DNA of 64,000 nucleotides from Eledone cirrhosa (GCA_964016885.1 OZ024740.1:186000001-186064000), one strand, 5' to 3'; positions 1 to 12,620 are shown, counted from the first letter of the stretch. Made by a program: numbers and translations. The notes: a model not told the origin generated them from the sequence alone.

Positions 1-61
1 TTATTTATTTTTGTTTAATATACACGACTTGCAAATGTATCTATACAAACACAAACGTATG

Positions 62-472
<411 letters not shown>

Positions 473-949
473 GGGGTAACAAATAATAGTTAGATGCAGT
501 CCATGTCAACCTTCTTTCCTGATATATATATATATATATATAGTTAAAAGAATAGAGGTGTAACACACAAGTTATTATATATTGGTAAACGGAATAGAAA
601 ATGCTGACAAATTGTTCACAGTTGAAAAATGGTTTAATTAGGAATAAAAGAGTATTAGTGATTGTATGGGTTAGTATTCAGTTGTGGTGTTAAGTTTTTA
701 AGTTTTTACCGGTTGCGCATTTCTAAATGCTTTTCAAAAATAATTTTGAGATAGAGTGTCCGTGCTGTTTGCTCTGATCTGATTAGTTTTGGGAATTCTA
801 CCTGTTTTTATGTTAAAAATGTGGCTCCAGCGCTACTTGGTGTTTGCAAAAATTCTTGTGGTCAAAACAATTTTGATTGGTCGGTAGAGGTCATGTGAAT
901 AAAAAATTGGTTTTGCGCCAAGATTGAGAAATGACTCTTTCACAACAAA

Positions 950-1068
950 TATGTGTGTGTGTGTGTGTAGTAGTAGTAAGGTGTTCGATGTTGTGATAAT
1001 GGTTAGCAGGGATGTGTGTCAAATGGCTATTAAGATAAGTGTGTGTGTGTGTGTGTGTGTGTCTGTGT

Positions 1069-1148
<80 letters not shown>
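950..1148. repeat. (TG)n microsatellite
   Basis: Direct observation. Confidence 0.95.
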
Positions 1149-1150
<2 letters not shown>

Positions 1151-1524
1151 TGCAGAGTAATTCGTGGTAGCAGGGATGGTCAGTAAGAATGTGTCTGAAA
1201 GCAATGGGGGGTATTTTAGCATGTCAAAAGATATTTTTCAGCTTTTGTCTTATACGGAGAAGTGTGTGTGTATAAGTCTCTTTGTATGTTAATGTACGCG
1301 TGTGTATGTGTGTGTGTATATATATATGTGTTTTGTGTGTGTGTGGGTGGACCAGTATTTTTTTCCCCCTGGTAAAATGGTGTACATTATTCGATTTTTT
1401 CATTAAAATCGGCACTCTTAATAGAACATTAAAAATCTTAACAATAAAAGGTGTGAAATGATATTCACTATATATATATACACATACATATACTCACTAT
1501 ATATATATACACACACATACATAT

Positions 1525-1600
<76 letters not shown>

Positions 1601-1786
1601 TTTTTTTGTGTTGCACCATAGAGCATGTGTGTTTACGTATGTCATTGTGTTTTTATGTGGGTAGAGATGTGTGCTGATGTAGGTATGTATGTTGACGTGT
1701 GTATGTTGTGGGTTCGTCTTAGGGAGAAGTGTTTAGACGGGGTCCGTATTTGTTATATATATATATATATATATATAAGAAGAAAT

Positions 1787-2480
1787 TAAAAGATGGTTAA
1801 AAAAGTTCCATGTATTTTATTATGTGCATTTCAAAAACAAATATCATCCTAGGACGATATTTGCGTTCTCATAAGATGAAATAGGGAGACATGATATGAT
1901 GCTTAAAAAACACTTGTGAACAAGGTAGTGTCTAATCAACATATGATAAATAAATTTAAAAGGATATAGAAGATTGGAAAAAAGGGAGAGGAAGGGGAAA
2001 AAGGAAGTAAGAGAAAGAAAGGAAAAAAGAAGGAAAGAAAAACGGAGGAAGAGTATAAGAAGGAGGGAGCAGAGAGAAAGAGAAAGGAGATAGACAGGGA
2101 GAGAGATAAACATTTAAACTGAAAAACGCTGTCTCCAATGAAAAATAACTGAAAAAACGGTTGTAAATTTATAAAAAAATAAAAAAATAAAAAAATATAA
2201 AAATTGATGAGGTTTATGATTGATGATGTTCATGATTCCAGATATAGAAATTAAGTATACTATTTATTTAGGGTTTATATACTGAAGGATTTATTGAGAT
2301 GTGCGAAAAAGTTTTATTAAAAAGTATTATTAAGATAAAATATAGTAAAATAAGATAAGGTGAATAAAAATAAAATTAAATGATGTATAAGCTTAGAAGA
2401 CGATATAGGGTCCTAGTTTGTTTAAATAGATTGTAATTGAAAAAGTATTTATTGTTCTACAATAAAACTCACCTCCTACA
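1787..2480 (-). mobile_element. 5'-truncated non-coding copy of the Naiad-type PLE at 25694-28142, with decayed HHR (about 1812-1882)
   Basis: 1790-2140 is the reverse complement of about 27790-28140; 2450-2480 (aataaaactcacctcctaca) matches the outer end at 25694; HHR core mutated to CUUAUGA. Confidence 0.85.
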
Positions 2481-2488
2481 TGCTATAT

Positions 2489-2570
<82 letters not shown>

Positions 2571-2636
2571 AAGGTTTAGCATATAAAATAAAGTTTCAAA
2601 ATAAATTTAAAAAAATTAACTCTACTTACTATGATT

Positions 2637-2719
2637 ACCTTTACCGAGTCGGTTTCGATTCTCAAAAATAAACGGAGTCCATACGGCATTCGTTGCAAAG
2701 AAGAATCTCGTCAGAAGGT
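2637..2719 (-). ncRNA. Type I hammerhead ribozyme, canonical core
   Basis: Minus strand: ACCUU-CUGACGA-GAUUCU...AGAAUC-GAAA-CCG(ACU)CGG-UA-AAGGU; helices I, II and III all pair; predicted cleavage after GUA; lies in a ~340 bp insert (2570-2910) between microsatellites. Confidence 0.9.
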
Positions 2720-2905
2720 TCTTTTCATTCGGAGAATATAAAATTCTCGAATTCAAATTACGAACTGGCGCTATTCAAAATTATTCCCGAGATGAGAGTA
2801 AATGAAGTGGAATCAATTTTTTCAAGGGCCGAGTGTAAAGATAAAGGCAGAGGCAGAGAGGTCAGATGGCTACTGCTATAACTAGCAGCAGTCAGAACGA
2901 CCAAA

Positions 2906-3000
<95 letters not shown>

Positions 3001-3537
3001 ATTTCATGTATAAATATGAATACAATAAATAAAAGTCATATAAAATATATTTAATAAATATTTGATACATAATCTCGCTAGCAAGCTTGGATAATTCGCC
3101 AGACATTGAGCATTAGAAGGAATAAGTAATATGATCGGACTGTCTATTTTCACGTTTTATTGACGACTTAAAAAATATCAACCAACTTACCTGTCCATCG
3201 TCAATCGGATTTCTTTTATTTGAATACTTTTTTAATCGACTTAATATCGCAGTCGATTTAACTGTGTTACCTAGTTCAACACCTCATTTTGCTGAGTAAC
3301 AAACTATCGGAGGCATTCTAAACAGCTTCCTCGACTGAGTACTAGTTGCGCCCTCTGGTCTCAGATATTTTAACAAAGTTATAGCATCTGACTAGGCCTC
3401 AAAATTAATGAAACGACCACTATTTGTCTGTAGATCTTGATTTATCCCGCACATATAATGCTAACTACAATGAAGGATATCGTTGCCCTGAAAATCTCAG
3501 CAGAACTTTATGATATGGTATGTATATACATATATGT

Positions 3538-3752
3538 TAAAATAACAGTTTAATATTTAAGCAAAGAATCACCTATTTGATCCTTAACGGGATCTTCAGA
3601 AGATCTCGTTAAGGGTGAAAGCAGCGGTTCTTTGCTTAAACTTTAATCTGTTATTTTAATAAATATTTGCTATATAGTTTTATATATTTTTATATATATA
3701 TTATCCTTATCGAGTCTCTTCGGATTTTAGTCTTCACATTTATTATTATTAC
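3538..3752 (+). mobile_element. Family A palindromic mini-element (PLE-like 3' end)
   Basis: ~60 bp inverted arms around 3597 plus a ~90 bp one-sided tail; same sequence at 6787-8090, 21315-21360, 44056-44280, 58968-59192. Confidence 0.88.
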
Positions 3753-3767
3753 TATATATATATATAC

Positions 3768-3850
<83 letters not shown>

Positions 3851-3916
3851 GAAGAGAGAAGGAACATTTAGATATAATTAGTAATAAAATGTATCATACC
3901 TAAACTGCTCCTAGAT

Positions 3917-4005
3917 TCCTCGACTACGTAGTTTCGTGGCATAAACAAAAACAATACATCATAAAGATATAGAGTCCTTGCGAGTCTGCCGACTTATCAA
4001 GAGGA
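3917..4005 (-). ncRNA. Type I hammerhead, U3:A8 core variant
   Basis: UCCUC-UUGAUAA-GU(C)GGCA...UGCCAC-GAAA-C(UACGUA)G-UC-GAGGA; 5 bp helix I; palindromic helix III loop. Confidence 0.82.
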
Positions 4006-4530
4006 TAACTCATTTTACTAGCCTCAAGAACGCGTCTACACGACGTGAGAAAGAATCCCAAACTAATTATATCTAAATGTTCCTTCTCACTTCATAATGT
4101 ATTTTTAACTCTGATACTGGTTCAGTCTGGTTCAACCGGATTGGTCTGTCCCAGTCATTCATTGAGCAACATCGGTGAGGTTGGCACCCTTAACTCACGG
4201 TTTGGTGTGGATGCATTCATGTATATGTGTGTGTCCGCATGTATCTGTGTGTTTCTAAATATATTGTTAATAACTCCCTCTGGTCGAGTAATCTTTGAAG
4301 TGTGGTGACTGCTGGAAAGCTGCCATTACTCATACTTCTCGCCCCCTTCACCACCTCTTCTACGGCTTCGATATAAATACCCCCTCCGCCTCCGTGGTAT
4401 TTTCTTCGGGGTTATAAGAGGCTTATCTCTGTTTCTCGACCGTTATATCGCGTGACTATCTCCCCCTCCGCCTTTTGGGATTCTTTCTCACGTCGTGTAG
4501 ACGCGTTCTTAAGGCTAGTAAAATGAGGTA

Positions 4531-4620
4531 TCCCCTTGATAAGTCGGCAGACCTCGCAAGGACTCTATATCTTTATGATGTGTTGTTTTTGTTTATGCCA
4601 CGAAACTACGTAGTCGAGGA
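4531..4620 (+). ncRNA. Type I hammerhead, U3:A8 core variant (second copy)
   Basis: tcccc-ttgataa-gtcggca...tgccac-gaaa-ctacgtag-tc-gagga; one mismatch in helix I. Confidence 0.78.
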
Positions 4621-4851
4621 ATCTAGGAGCAGTTTAGGTATGATACATTTTATTACTAATTATATCTAAATGTTCCTTCTCTCTTCATAATGTATTTTTA
4701 ACTCTGATACTGGTTCAGTCTGGTTCAACCGGATTGGTCTGTCCCAGTCATTCATTGAGCAACATCAGTGAGGTTGGCACCCTTAACTCACGGTTTGGTG
4801 TGGGTGCATTCATGTATATGTGTGTGTCCGCATGTATCTGTGCTTTTCTAA

Positions 4852-4947
<96 letters not shown>

Positions 4948-4949
4948 AA

Positions 4950-6370
4950 AGCTAAACAGAAAAAACAACACAATCGGTACAGTATATGGAAGGGATATTT
5001 TAGGTTAACGCTTGATATAGCAGGAAGAGGGTCTTAACGTTTCGGACGGTGTCCTTCATCAGAAGAAAGAATGAGAAATAAGATAGATTGAGGGGATGTA
5101 ATTGGAAAACAAGTCTTTAGATATAAATAACAGGCCCATTCATGTTGACATCAATTGCAAAACTGATGATGCAAAACTGATGATGGAGCGCGTCTAACTG
5201 AAATGGAAAAAAAAACGTTTTGTAAAAAGAGCTATACTTGTGCTCGTGCGTAAACATGTTTGTGTGTGTGTGTGTGTGTATGTGTGTGTATGTGTGTGTG
5301 TGTATGTGTGTGCGTGTGTGTGTCTGTGTGTTATTATTGTACGTCCGTGCGAAGCTATGAAGAAATATATGTGAATATGTGAGTAAAAGAGTGTGTGCGC
5401 ATGTAAGTACAACGCTATGGGCAAAATTATGTTAATATAAGGGAATAGCAGTGAAGGGAAAAGTGGTGTAAGCATATATAGTCGGCATGTATTAGTTGTA
5501 AGAGAAGATGTTAATGATCACGAGAAAGGAATCTAAGGGTGTGAAAATGGACGGGGTATTAGATAAATTTGGCGGGGGGGGGGAGTTGAGTCCAACAGGA
5601 GAATAGGACCCAAGGCGGTGTATCAGACTTTGTTCAGTCCTGCTGCGCGACGCCTGTGATCCATGATGTAAAAAGAAACCTAGAACTGAAACATGACGGA
5701 AGAATGACCAGAAGAACAGAAATGACGGGCGATATGAGTATCCAAACTGAGTCGTTATGTCCCTCAAATGTCCGGCAAAACGTCCGTTTGTCCGATATAC
5801 AAACACCCGCAAAGGGAACACCGGAGGGCATAGACAACGTGGGTAGATGTGCAGGTGAAGGAATGGCGGATACGGAAACACCCGTTGCGGCCTTTAAGAG
5901 TGGTGAGGGTGGAAATAAAGGGACACTTGTTGCAGCGAGAACGGGAACATGGATGAGAGCCGGGTAGAGTCCTGGAAGTGGACGAAAAGGAACTGCGAAC
6001 CAGGAGGTCGCGTAGGTTACGGGCGCGCTTTAAAGCAGAAATGGGTGGGTTTGGAAAAAAGCGAGAAGTGACGGGGTCTGAAGAGAGGATACGGAAGGAA
6101 CGGAGGATATGTCGCCGGGGTGGTAGGTGAAAGAGAAAGGAACGCGGGTGTTGGGAGGGCGGGCGTGAGGTGAGAGGGCTATGGCGCGGGTGAGAGCAGC
6201 TTGGATCAGGGTGGGGTGATATCCACGCTGGATGAAGCTGGAAACCATGCGAAGGGTTTCGAAATCGTCGTCCTGGCTACAGCGCCGACAGCGACGGAGG
6301 ATTTGGGAATAGTGTATGTAGTGTTTGGTGTGGGCTGGATGGGAGGAGGTGGTAGGAAACTCAAACGCAG
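4950..6370 (-). mobile_element. 5'-truncated, frameshifted Penelope-like element (RT thumb/linker plus GIY-YIG endonuclease remnants)
   Basis: ORF 6030-6398 has YSQILRRCRRCSQDDDF...FIQRGYHP (PLE post-RT motif); ORF 5492-5881 ends RTEQSLIHRLGSYSPVGLN (PLE GIY-YIG C-terminus); HHR downstream. Confidence 0.88.
5032..5066 (-). ncRNA. Minimal PLE-type hammerhead motif
   Basis: UCUU-CUGAUGA-A-GGAC(ACC)GUCC-GAAAC-GUU-AAGA; helix III reduced to the palindrome AACGUU; in the PLE 3' UTR. Confidence 0.75.
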
Positions 6371-6615
6371 ATATAGCTATTGTTATGCCGTCATACATAT
6401 AGTAGTTTTAAAATCCATCTACCTCTCATGGAAAAAAAAGAAAATTTCTGAACATAAAATAGGACTTCCGTGACTAGAAATATTCAATCATAGTTCTGCC
6501 TGATTAGACTTGACATGAGGCTCATATGTAACAACTTATTTTCAAAGAATCTAAAAGTTATTTGATCTATTCACATAAAACACAAGTTCAAAACATGAAA
6601 CATTATGTTGATTTT

Positions 6616-6773
<158 letters not shown>

Positions 6774-6786
6774 ATATATATATATT

Positions 6787-8087
6787 TATTAAAATAACAG
6801 TTTAAAGTTTAAGCAAAGAATCGCTGCTTTCACCCTTAACGGGATCTTCTGAAACTAACAAAGTCAATCTGTGAACGCGGAAGTGAATATTTCAAAAAAC
6901 GTTGCAAAGAAGACAGGAAGACGATACTTTGGTGCGTGGGAACGGTCCCTGGCAAAGAACGGGAAAAAAACGAATATAATACGTCATTATTTGGAGCGGT
7001 GAGAACAATTTGCACGCAAAGACAAAACCACGTAAATGTTATAACTGGAGTCGTAGACTAAAATTCTAAATAGGAAACCGAATCATTCTCGGCTTCAGAG
7101 GTAAGAATAAAGTAAATAAAATGCAGAGGCAATTGAAATTAAATAAATACATACACGCATCCATATACGTACATACACAAGCATACGCGAAAACACTCGC
7201 CATAGGTATAGAAATACACGCCCATATAAATATGTGTGTGTGCGCGTGTATACAAATAATTAAATAAACGAGTGTTTTCGCGTATGCTTATGTACGTCTC
7301 CGAACATATGTGTATTTACATGTAGCCATGTGTGTGCGCTTGTTTTATACGTATTTATTTACTTATTTACGTTTATTTAATTATTTGTATACACGCACAC
7401 ACACACACATATTTATATGTGCGTGTATTTCTATACCTATGGCGAGTGTTTTCGCGTATGCTTGTGTATGTACGTATATGGATGCGGGTATGTATTTATT
7501 TAATTTCAATTGCCTCCCTATTTTATTTACTATATTCTTACCTCTGGAGCCGAGAATCATTCGGTTTCCTAGTTAGAATTTTAGTCTACGACTTCAGTTA
7601 TACCATTTACGTGGTTTTGTCTTTGCGTGCAATTGTGCTCCACGCTCCACATATTACGTATTATCTTCGTTTTTTTCGTTCATTGCCAGAGAACGTTTCT
7701 ATGAACCACCTAATAGAATATTAGTCTACGACTTCTTTTATACCATAAACGTGGTTTTGTTTTTGCGTGTAATTGTTTTTCACCGCTCCAAATAATGACG
7801 TATTATATTCGTTTTTTTCCCGTTCTTTGCTAGGGAACGTTTCCACGAACCAAAGTATCGTCTTCCTGTCTTCCTCTGATTGCAACGTTTTTTGAAATAT
7901 TCATTTCTGCATTCACAGATTGACTTTGTTAGTTTCAGGAGATCCCGTTAAGGCAGAAAGCAGCGATTCTTTGCTTAAACTTTAATCTGCTATTTTAATA
8001 AATATTTGCCCTACGGTTCTTATATATTTGATATATGTTTATCCTTATCGAGCCCTCTTTGTATTTTAGTTTCAAATTTATTATTAT

Positions 8088-8090
<3 letters not shown>
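6787..8090 (+). mobile_element. Family A long palindromic element (~480 bp inverted arms)
   Basis: 6787-7270 is the reverse complement of about 7368-8000, with an extra internal duplication 7581-7700/7721-7850 in the right arm; HHR-like motifs at 6806-6856 (-) and 7931-7981 (+). Confidence 0.9.
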
Positions 8091-8127
<37 letters not shown>

Positions 8128-8227
8128 AGTATATGTTGGTTGTTTACTGACACCTCAGTATGCAGATTGGAGCAGTCGACGAAGAACGCAGGTTGGTTTG
8201 TTTACTCCGTAGTAATGTAAAATAATT

Positions 8228-8405
8228 GTTTCTACTTTTGGCACAAGGCCAGCAAATACCCAGTACATTACTGGTACTTTATGTTATCGATCCCGTAAGG
8301 ATGAAAGGCAAAGTCAACCTCGGCGGGATTTGAACTCAGACTGTAAAGGGACGTAACTAAGCTAGAAAGCATGGCGTCCAACCCTCTACCGATACTGCCA
8401 AATCA
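8228..8405 (-). mobile_element. tRNA-derived SINE with Nin-like central domain, 21 bp target-site duplication
   Basis: B-box gagttcaaatcc and ctttgcctttcatccttacgg..tcgataa..taaagtaccag on the minus strand; TSD ccgtagtaatgtaaaataatt at 8207-8227 and 8406-8426. Confidence 0.92.
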
Positions 8406-8474
8406 CCGTAGTAATGTAAAATAATTAAGTCAAATATGTAAAATTTGACTTCGTTTATTATAAATTATAGATAT

Positions 8475-8529
8475 ACTGCTATATATATTTCGGTGACAGC
8501 CATCATTGGCTGTGACCTCTTCAGGCAGT
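8475..8529 (-). ncRNA. Type I hammerhead ribozyme, canonical core (family B)
   Basis: ACUGC-CUGAAGA-GGUCACAGCCA(AUGA)UGGCUGUCACC-GAAA-U(AUAU)A-UA-GCAGU. Confidence 0.9.
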
Positions 8530-8699
8530 CCGAATTGGTGTGGGAAAGACAGGTACACATGTAGTTGAAGTGTGTTTTACTCCGTCAATACATGGATTCC
8601 AATTCATATGATTCCAGTTCCTCAGAGAAATAACAACACAACCAGGAGCTGAACATATCGATGCATTGACGGAGTAAAACACACTATATATATATATAT

Positions 8700-8877
8700 A
8701 GGAACGAGTAGGACCACGGCGGCTGAGCAGAAGTCGTTTCGACGGCTAATTCTGGACTAAAAAGGCTTGACCTCAGCCGTAGGGGTCCTACTCGTTCCTA
8801 TTACCCACTCTACTACCCTAAGTATTGAGTACTTTGGTGCGTAATGGTCCACCTGGTTCCTTACCACATTTCCTTCG

Positions 8878-8879
<2 letters not shown>
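8700..8879 (+). mobile_element. Family C palindromic mini-element
   Basis: ggaacgagtaggacc...ggtcctactcgttcc inverted ends plus an ~80 bp tail; inverted copy at 59210-59415, diverged relatives at 12460-12622 and 11020-11200. Confidence 0.82.
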
Positions 8880-8942
<63 letters not shown>

Positions 8943-8943
8943 T

Positions 8944-10115
8944 ATTAGAAAGTGAGGTATTTTTTACAAAATGAAAAATAACCGAGGTGTCCTCCACGAG
9001 TGAAAGTATAACGAAAAAAATCTGAAAAAATATCGAAAATGCAACTGGAGTCTTATTTTTTAAAATATATATATATTTATTTGGTTCCTTCACCGGTTTC
9101 GCAGTTCTTCTGCTTTTCAAAAGTAGAGTTAAGATAAAGGGTCTGTTGTTTTTCTCACATCTGGTTGGTCTCTGAATGTTACTTGTTTTATATGGAAAAA
9201 AGTGGCTCGAAATGCCAGGTCTTCAGAGAAGTAATTTGATTCGTTGGTCAATAATTATAATAAATTTCGCGCCTGTTCGCGTTACGAAGTTCTTCAAACA
9301 AGTGTGTGTGTGTGTGGGGGGGAGGGGGGGGGGGGGGGGGGGCTCTGGTTGTTGTTTTCATATATGAGTGTTTGAATTTCTTTTTAGTTAAAAAAAGGGG
9401 CTCACGAAGGCTCTTTTTTTTAAAACGTAATTTGATTGGTTATAAATGAAATTATGGCTATCACGTGAACAAGTTTTCATTACATTTTCGCGCCCTTATT
9501 GGGAAATTTACTCTGTAGCCTTTTTAGAGAATTTTATGACAAGCAAAAGATAATGGTCAGGAGAAATGGGATGGGAGAATTGTTCTGGTTCAGTGAATAT
9601 GGTTAGTTCGCTGGGGTGTCAGAATTCAGATTTTCTATTGAAATAAAGAAAGTAAAGATGTGTATGTTTATGTGTGTGCTTGTGTGTGTGTGTGTGTGTA
9701 ATGGAAGATGATTCTATTAGTAGAAATGGGGCAGGGAGTTGTGTGTGTGTGTATATGGGTGCTATGTGTCTGTGTGTGTATGGGAGTATGTTAAGAGGGA
9801 GAGAATATATATATTTTGTGTGTGTATTTATGTGTGTAGGAAAGTGATTCTATTAGTAGAAATGGGGGAGGGAGCTGTGGGTATGTGGGGTGGGGGCTGT
9901 TATGTGTGTGTATGGGTGTTATGTGTGTGGGAGTATGGTTAGCATGTTAAGATGAAGAGAATATATATATATATTGTGTGTGTGTGTGTAGGAAAATGAT
10001 TCCTTTAGTAGGAATATTTTTGAATGAACATATTTTCCTTAATTATTCGTATTTGTTCTGTTGTATTGTCAGCGCAAAGTAAAAATAAATTCAAACACAC
10101 AACACAACACACACA

Positions 10116-10153
<38 letters not shown>

Positions 10154-10809
10154 CACGCCACACAAATAAACATACATATCTTTACTTTCTTTATTTCAAT
10201 AGAAAATCTGAATTCTGACACCCCAGCGAACTAACCATATTCACTGAACCAGAACAATTCTCCCATCCCATTTCTCTTGACCATTATCTTTAGCTTGTCA
10301 TAACATTCTCTAAAAAGGCTACAGAATAGAATTCCAAATAAGGGCGCGAAATTTAATGAAAACTTGTTCACTTGACAGCAATAATTTCATTTATAACCAA
10401 TCAAATTACGTTTTTTTTAAAAAAAAAACCTTCGTGGGCCACTTTATTTTAAGTAAAAAGAAATTCAAACACTCATATATGAAAAAAAAAACCGAGCAAT
10501 CTCCCCCCCCCCCCCCCCTCCCCATGTTTGAAGAACTTTGTAACGCGAACTGGCGCGAAATTTATTATAATTATTGACCCACCAATCAAATTTCTTCTCT
10601 AAAAACCTGGCATTTCGAGCCACATTTTTTCCATATAAAACAAGTAAGATTCAGAGACCAACCAGATGTGAGAAAAACCGCAGACCCTCCATCTCGACTC
10701 TACTTTTGAAAAGCAGAAGAACTGGGAAACCGCTAAAGGAACCAAATAAATATATATATATTTTTTTTTAAATAAGACTCCAGTTGCATTTTGGATTTCA
10801 TCTTTTTTT

Positions 10810-10812
<3 letters not shown>
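8944..10812. mobile_element. Family D large palindromic element (~650 bp inverted arms)
   Basis: 9033-9700 is the reverse complement of about 10140-10800; one-sided tail 8944-9032; HHR motifs at 9088-9123 (-) and 10703-10738 (+); short copy at 59582-59823. Confidence 0.9.
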
Positions 10813-10854
<42 letters not shown>

Positions 10855-10869
10855 TACATATATATATAC

Positions 10870-10938
<69 letters not shown>

Positions 10939-11098
10939 CATATATACATATATATACATATATATATGTATATATGTATACATATATATATTGAGAGAGA
11001 GATCAGGATCTTACCGATTTTAAACAAGTAAGATCATTATTTAGCAGAGTACTCGATAACTCGGATAGAAAAGTGTAAATAATTAGATGGAGTCGGGG

Positions 11099-11185
11099 CC
11101 CGACGGCTGAACTCGTTCCGATTCGACAGCAAATTCCAGATTGTGGATGGAACTACTTTCTGTGAATAAGCCGTCTCGTCAAGGG
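11099..11185 (-). ncRNA. Decayed hammerhead (family C relative)
   Basis: CCC-UUGACGA-GACGGC...GCUGUC-GAAU-CGG...CCG-UC-GGG; helices pair but two core substitutions. Confidence 0.6.
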
Positions 11186-11694
11186 TGTGGCCTATTCTGT
11201 TTGGCGTATCGGTATATGAATAAGCGATCCAAAATGTGAATTGGCTCTTTAACTGTCATTAATGTATGTTTTAGAAACAATTGTTTATATATTTTATATT
11301 GTAAATGTGTGGTTGCGCATGTGCGTGGGAGTATGCCCTAGCGTATGAGTGTATGTGCGTGAGTGTGTATGTTTCATTATCTATGTGTATATGGGTTTGA
11401 AATTCTGTAGTATTGATGTGCTAGGGAAAATCTGGCTGCGTTGAAGAATTGTCAAGGAAAATAAAATGTGTTTTTGCTGTGTCATCACAAGTTATTTGTG
11501 TGAGCCTGTGTGCGTTGGCAGATAGGCATGACTTACGGAGGAAGATCTTCTTGGCAAATTGTTTGTTGATTGTTTTCGGGTTGTTAGATTGTCGATTTAT
11601 GTAATGTAGGGATTTATTGGGTGTCCGGGTGTAGCCCGGAGTCTAATAGGTGAGAACACCCAGAAACATATGCACAGCTCGTCATAAAATTAAA

Positions 11695-11786
11695 GGTGGT
11701 CTGACGAGCCGTGGACTACAGAGTCGGGCTAGATCGATACAAATCGAATCTTGAGCTGATCAGTGGCGAAACTTACGTCAACAACC
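11695..11786 (+). ncRNA. Hammerhead motif (family E) followed immediately by AATAAA
   Basis: ggtggt-CTGACGA-gcc...ggc-GAAA-c(ttac)g-TC-aacaacc-aataaa; helix I imperfect; paralog at 57800-57892 has gaaac-gcgc-gtc but a mutated core. Confidence 0.72.
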
Positions 11787-11828
11787 AATAAACTTAATGA
11801 AGGAGTAACCACGCGTCGTTGTTTATTT

Positions 11829-11864
<36 letters not shown>

Positions 11865-11893
11865 TCACACACACACATAAATATATAAGTCTA

Positions 11894-11971
<78 letters not shown>

Positions 11972-11974
<3 letters not shown>

Positions 11975-12410
11975 GTATAGTGGTAGCTATGGTGCTTCCG
12001 TAGGCGGTATGCCAAAATTAGCACTCGATATTCATCAGAGTAGAGTGTAGATATTATAAAGAAAATGAAAAATCAGTGATGCATCTGGACTTAGTTTATT
12101 TCGTGTTACAAATGTTTCGCCGGCATGTAGCTCGAGTCATGGTCCTTGTATGGATCTGGCTGATTTTACTTCTGCGGGTTCTTTCAGACAGACACGGGTG
12201 TTATTTCCGGAGCAAATTTTATCACATGTGATATCGCAGTGATAAAATTTGCTCCGGACATAACACCTGTGTCTGAAAGAACCCGCAGAAGTAGAATCAG
12301 CCAGATCCATACAAGGACCATGACTCGAGCTACATGCCGGCGAAACATTTGTAACACGAAATAAACTAAGTCCAGATGCATCACTGATTTTTCGTTTTCT
12401 TTATAATATA
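11972..12410. mobile_element. Family F palindromic mini-element (~175 bp arms) with HHR-like motif in each arm
   Basis: 12052-12225 versus 12238-12410 near-perfect inverted repeat; plus arm tgtgt-ctgaaaga...gaaa-c(attt)g-ta-acacg then aataaa at 12268-12365; tail 11972-12051. Confidence 0.88.
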
Positions 12411-12459
12411 TATATATATATATGAATAAAGTTAGTCCTTCATCAGTGATCTTCCAACC

Positions 12460-12620
12460 ATCAAAGGAAGTGTAGTAAGGAACCAGGTGATCCATAACAC
12501 ATCAGAGTACTCGATACTTTGTGTGGTGGAGTCGGTAATAGAAAAAAAGTCAGGACTCCGACGGCAGAGCTCAAGCCCTTTCGATGGCTATTTCTGGAGG
12601 TTCAGAAATAGCCATCTTTT

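Larger units (their letters stand above)
3848..4860 (+). mobile_element. PLE-like non-coding element with inverted and partial tandem pseudo-LTR copies
   Basis: 3851-4062 is an inverted copy of 4474-4690; 4063-4265 is a direct copy of 4657-4858; HHR in both inverted copies; TA tracts on both sides. Confidence 0.85.
8125..8685 (-). mobile_element. Family B HHR mini-element interrupted by a SINE
   Basis: Reverse complement of 58055-58378; short fold-back at 8572-8607/8660-8683. Confidence 0.85.

Noticed and set aside
3538-3752. Palindromic minis as MITEs or DNA transposons with TA target duplication
   Set aside because: Arms are asymmetric, inversion points vary between copies, and they contain HHR motifs and poly(A) signals like the PLE ends in this window
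5155-5185. Two CTGATGA motifs
   Set aside because: A 14 bp tandem duplication with no helix II or GAAA partner; not a hammerhead
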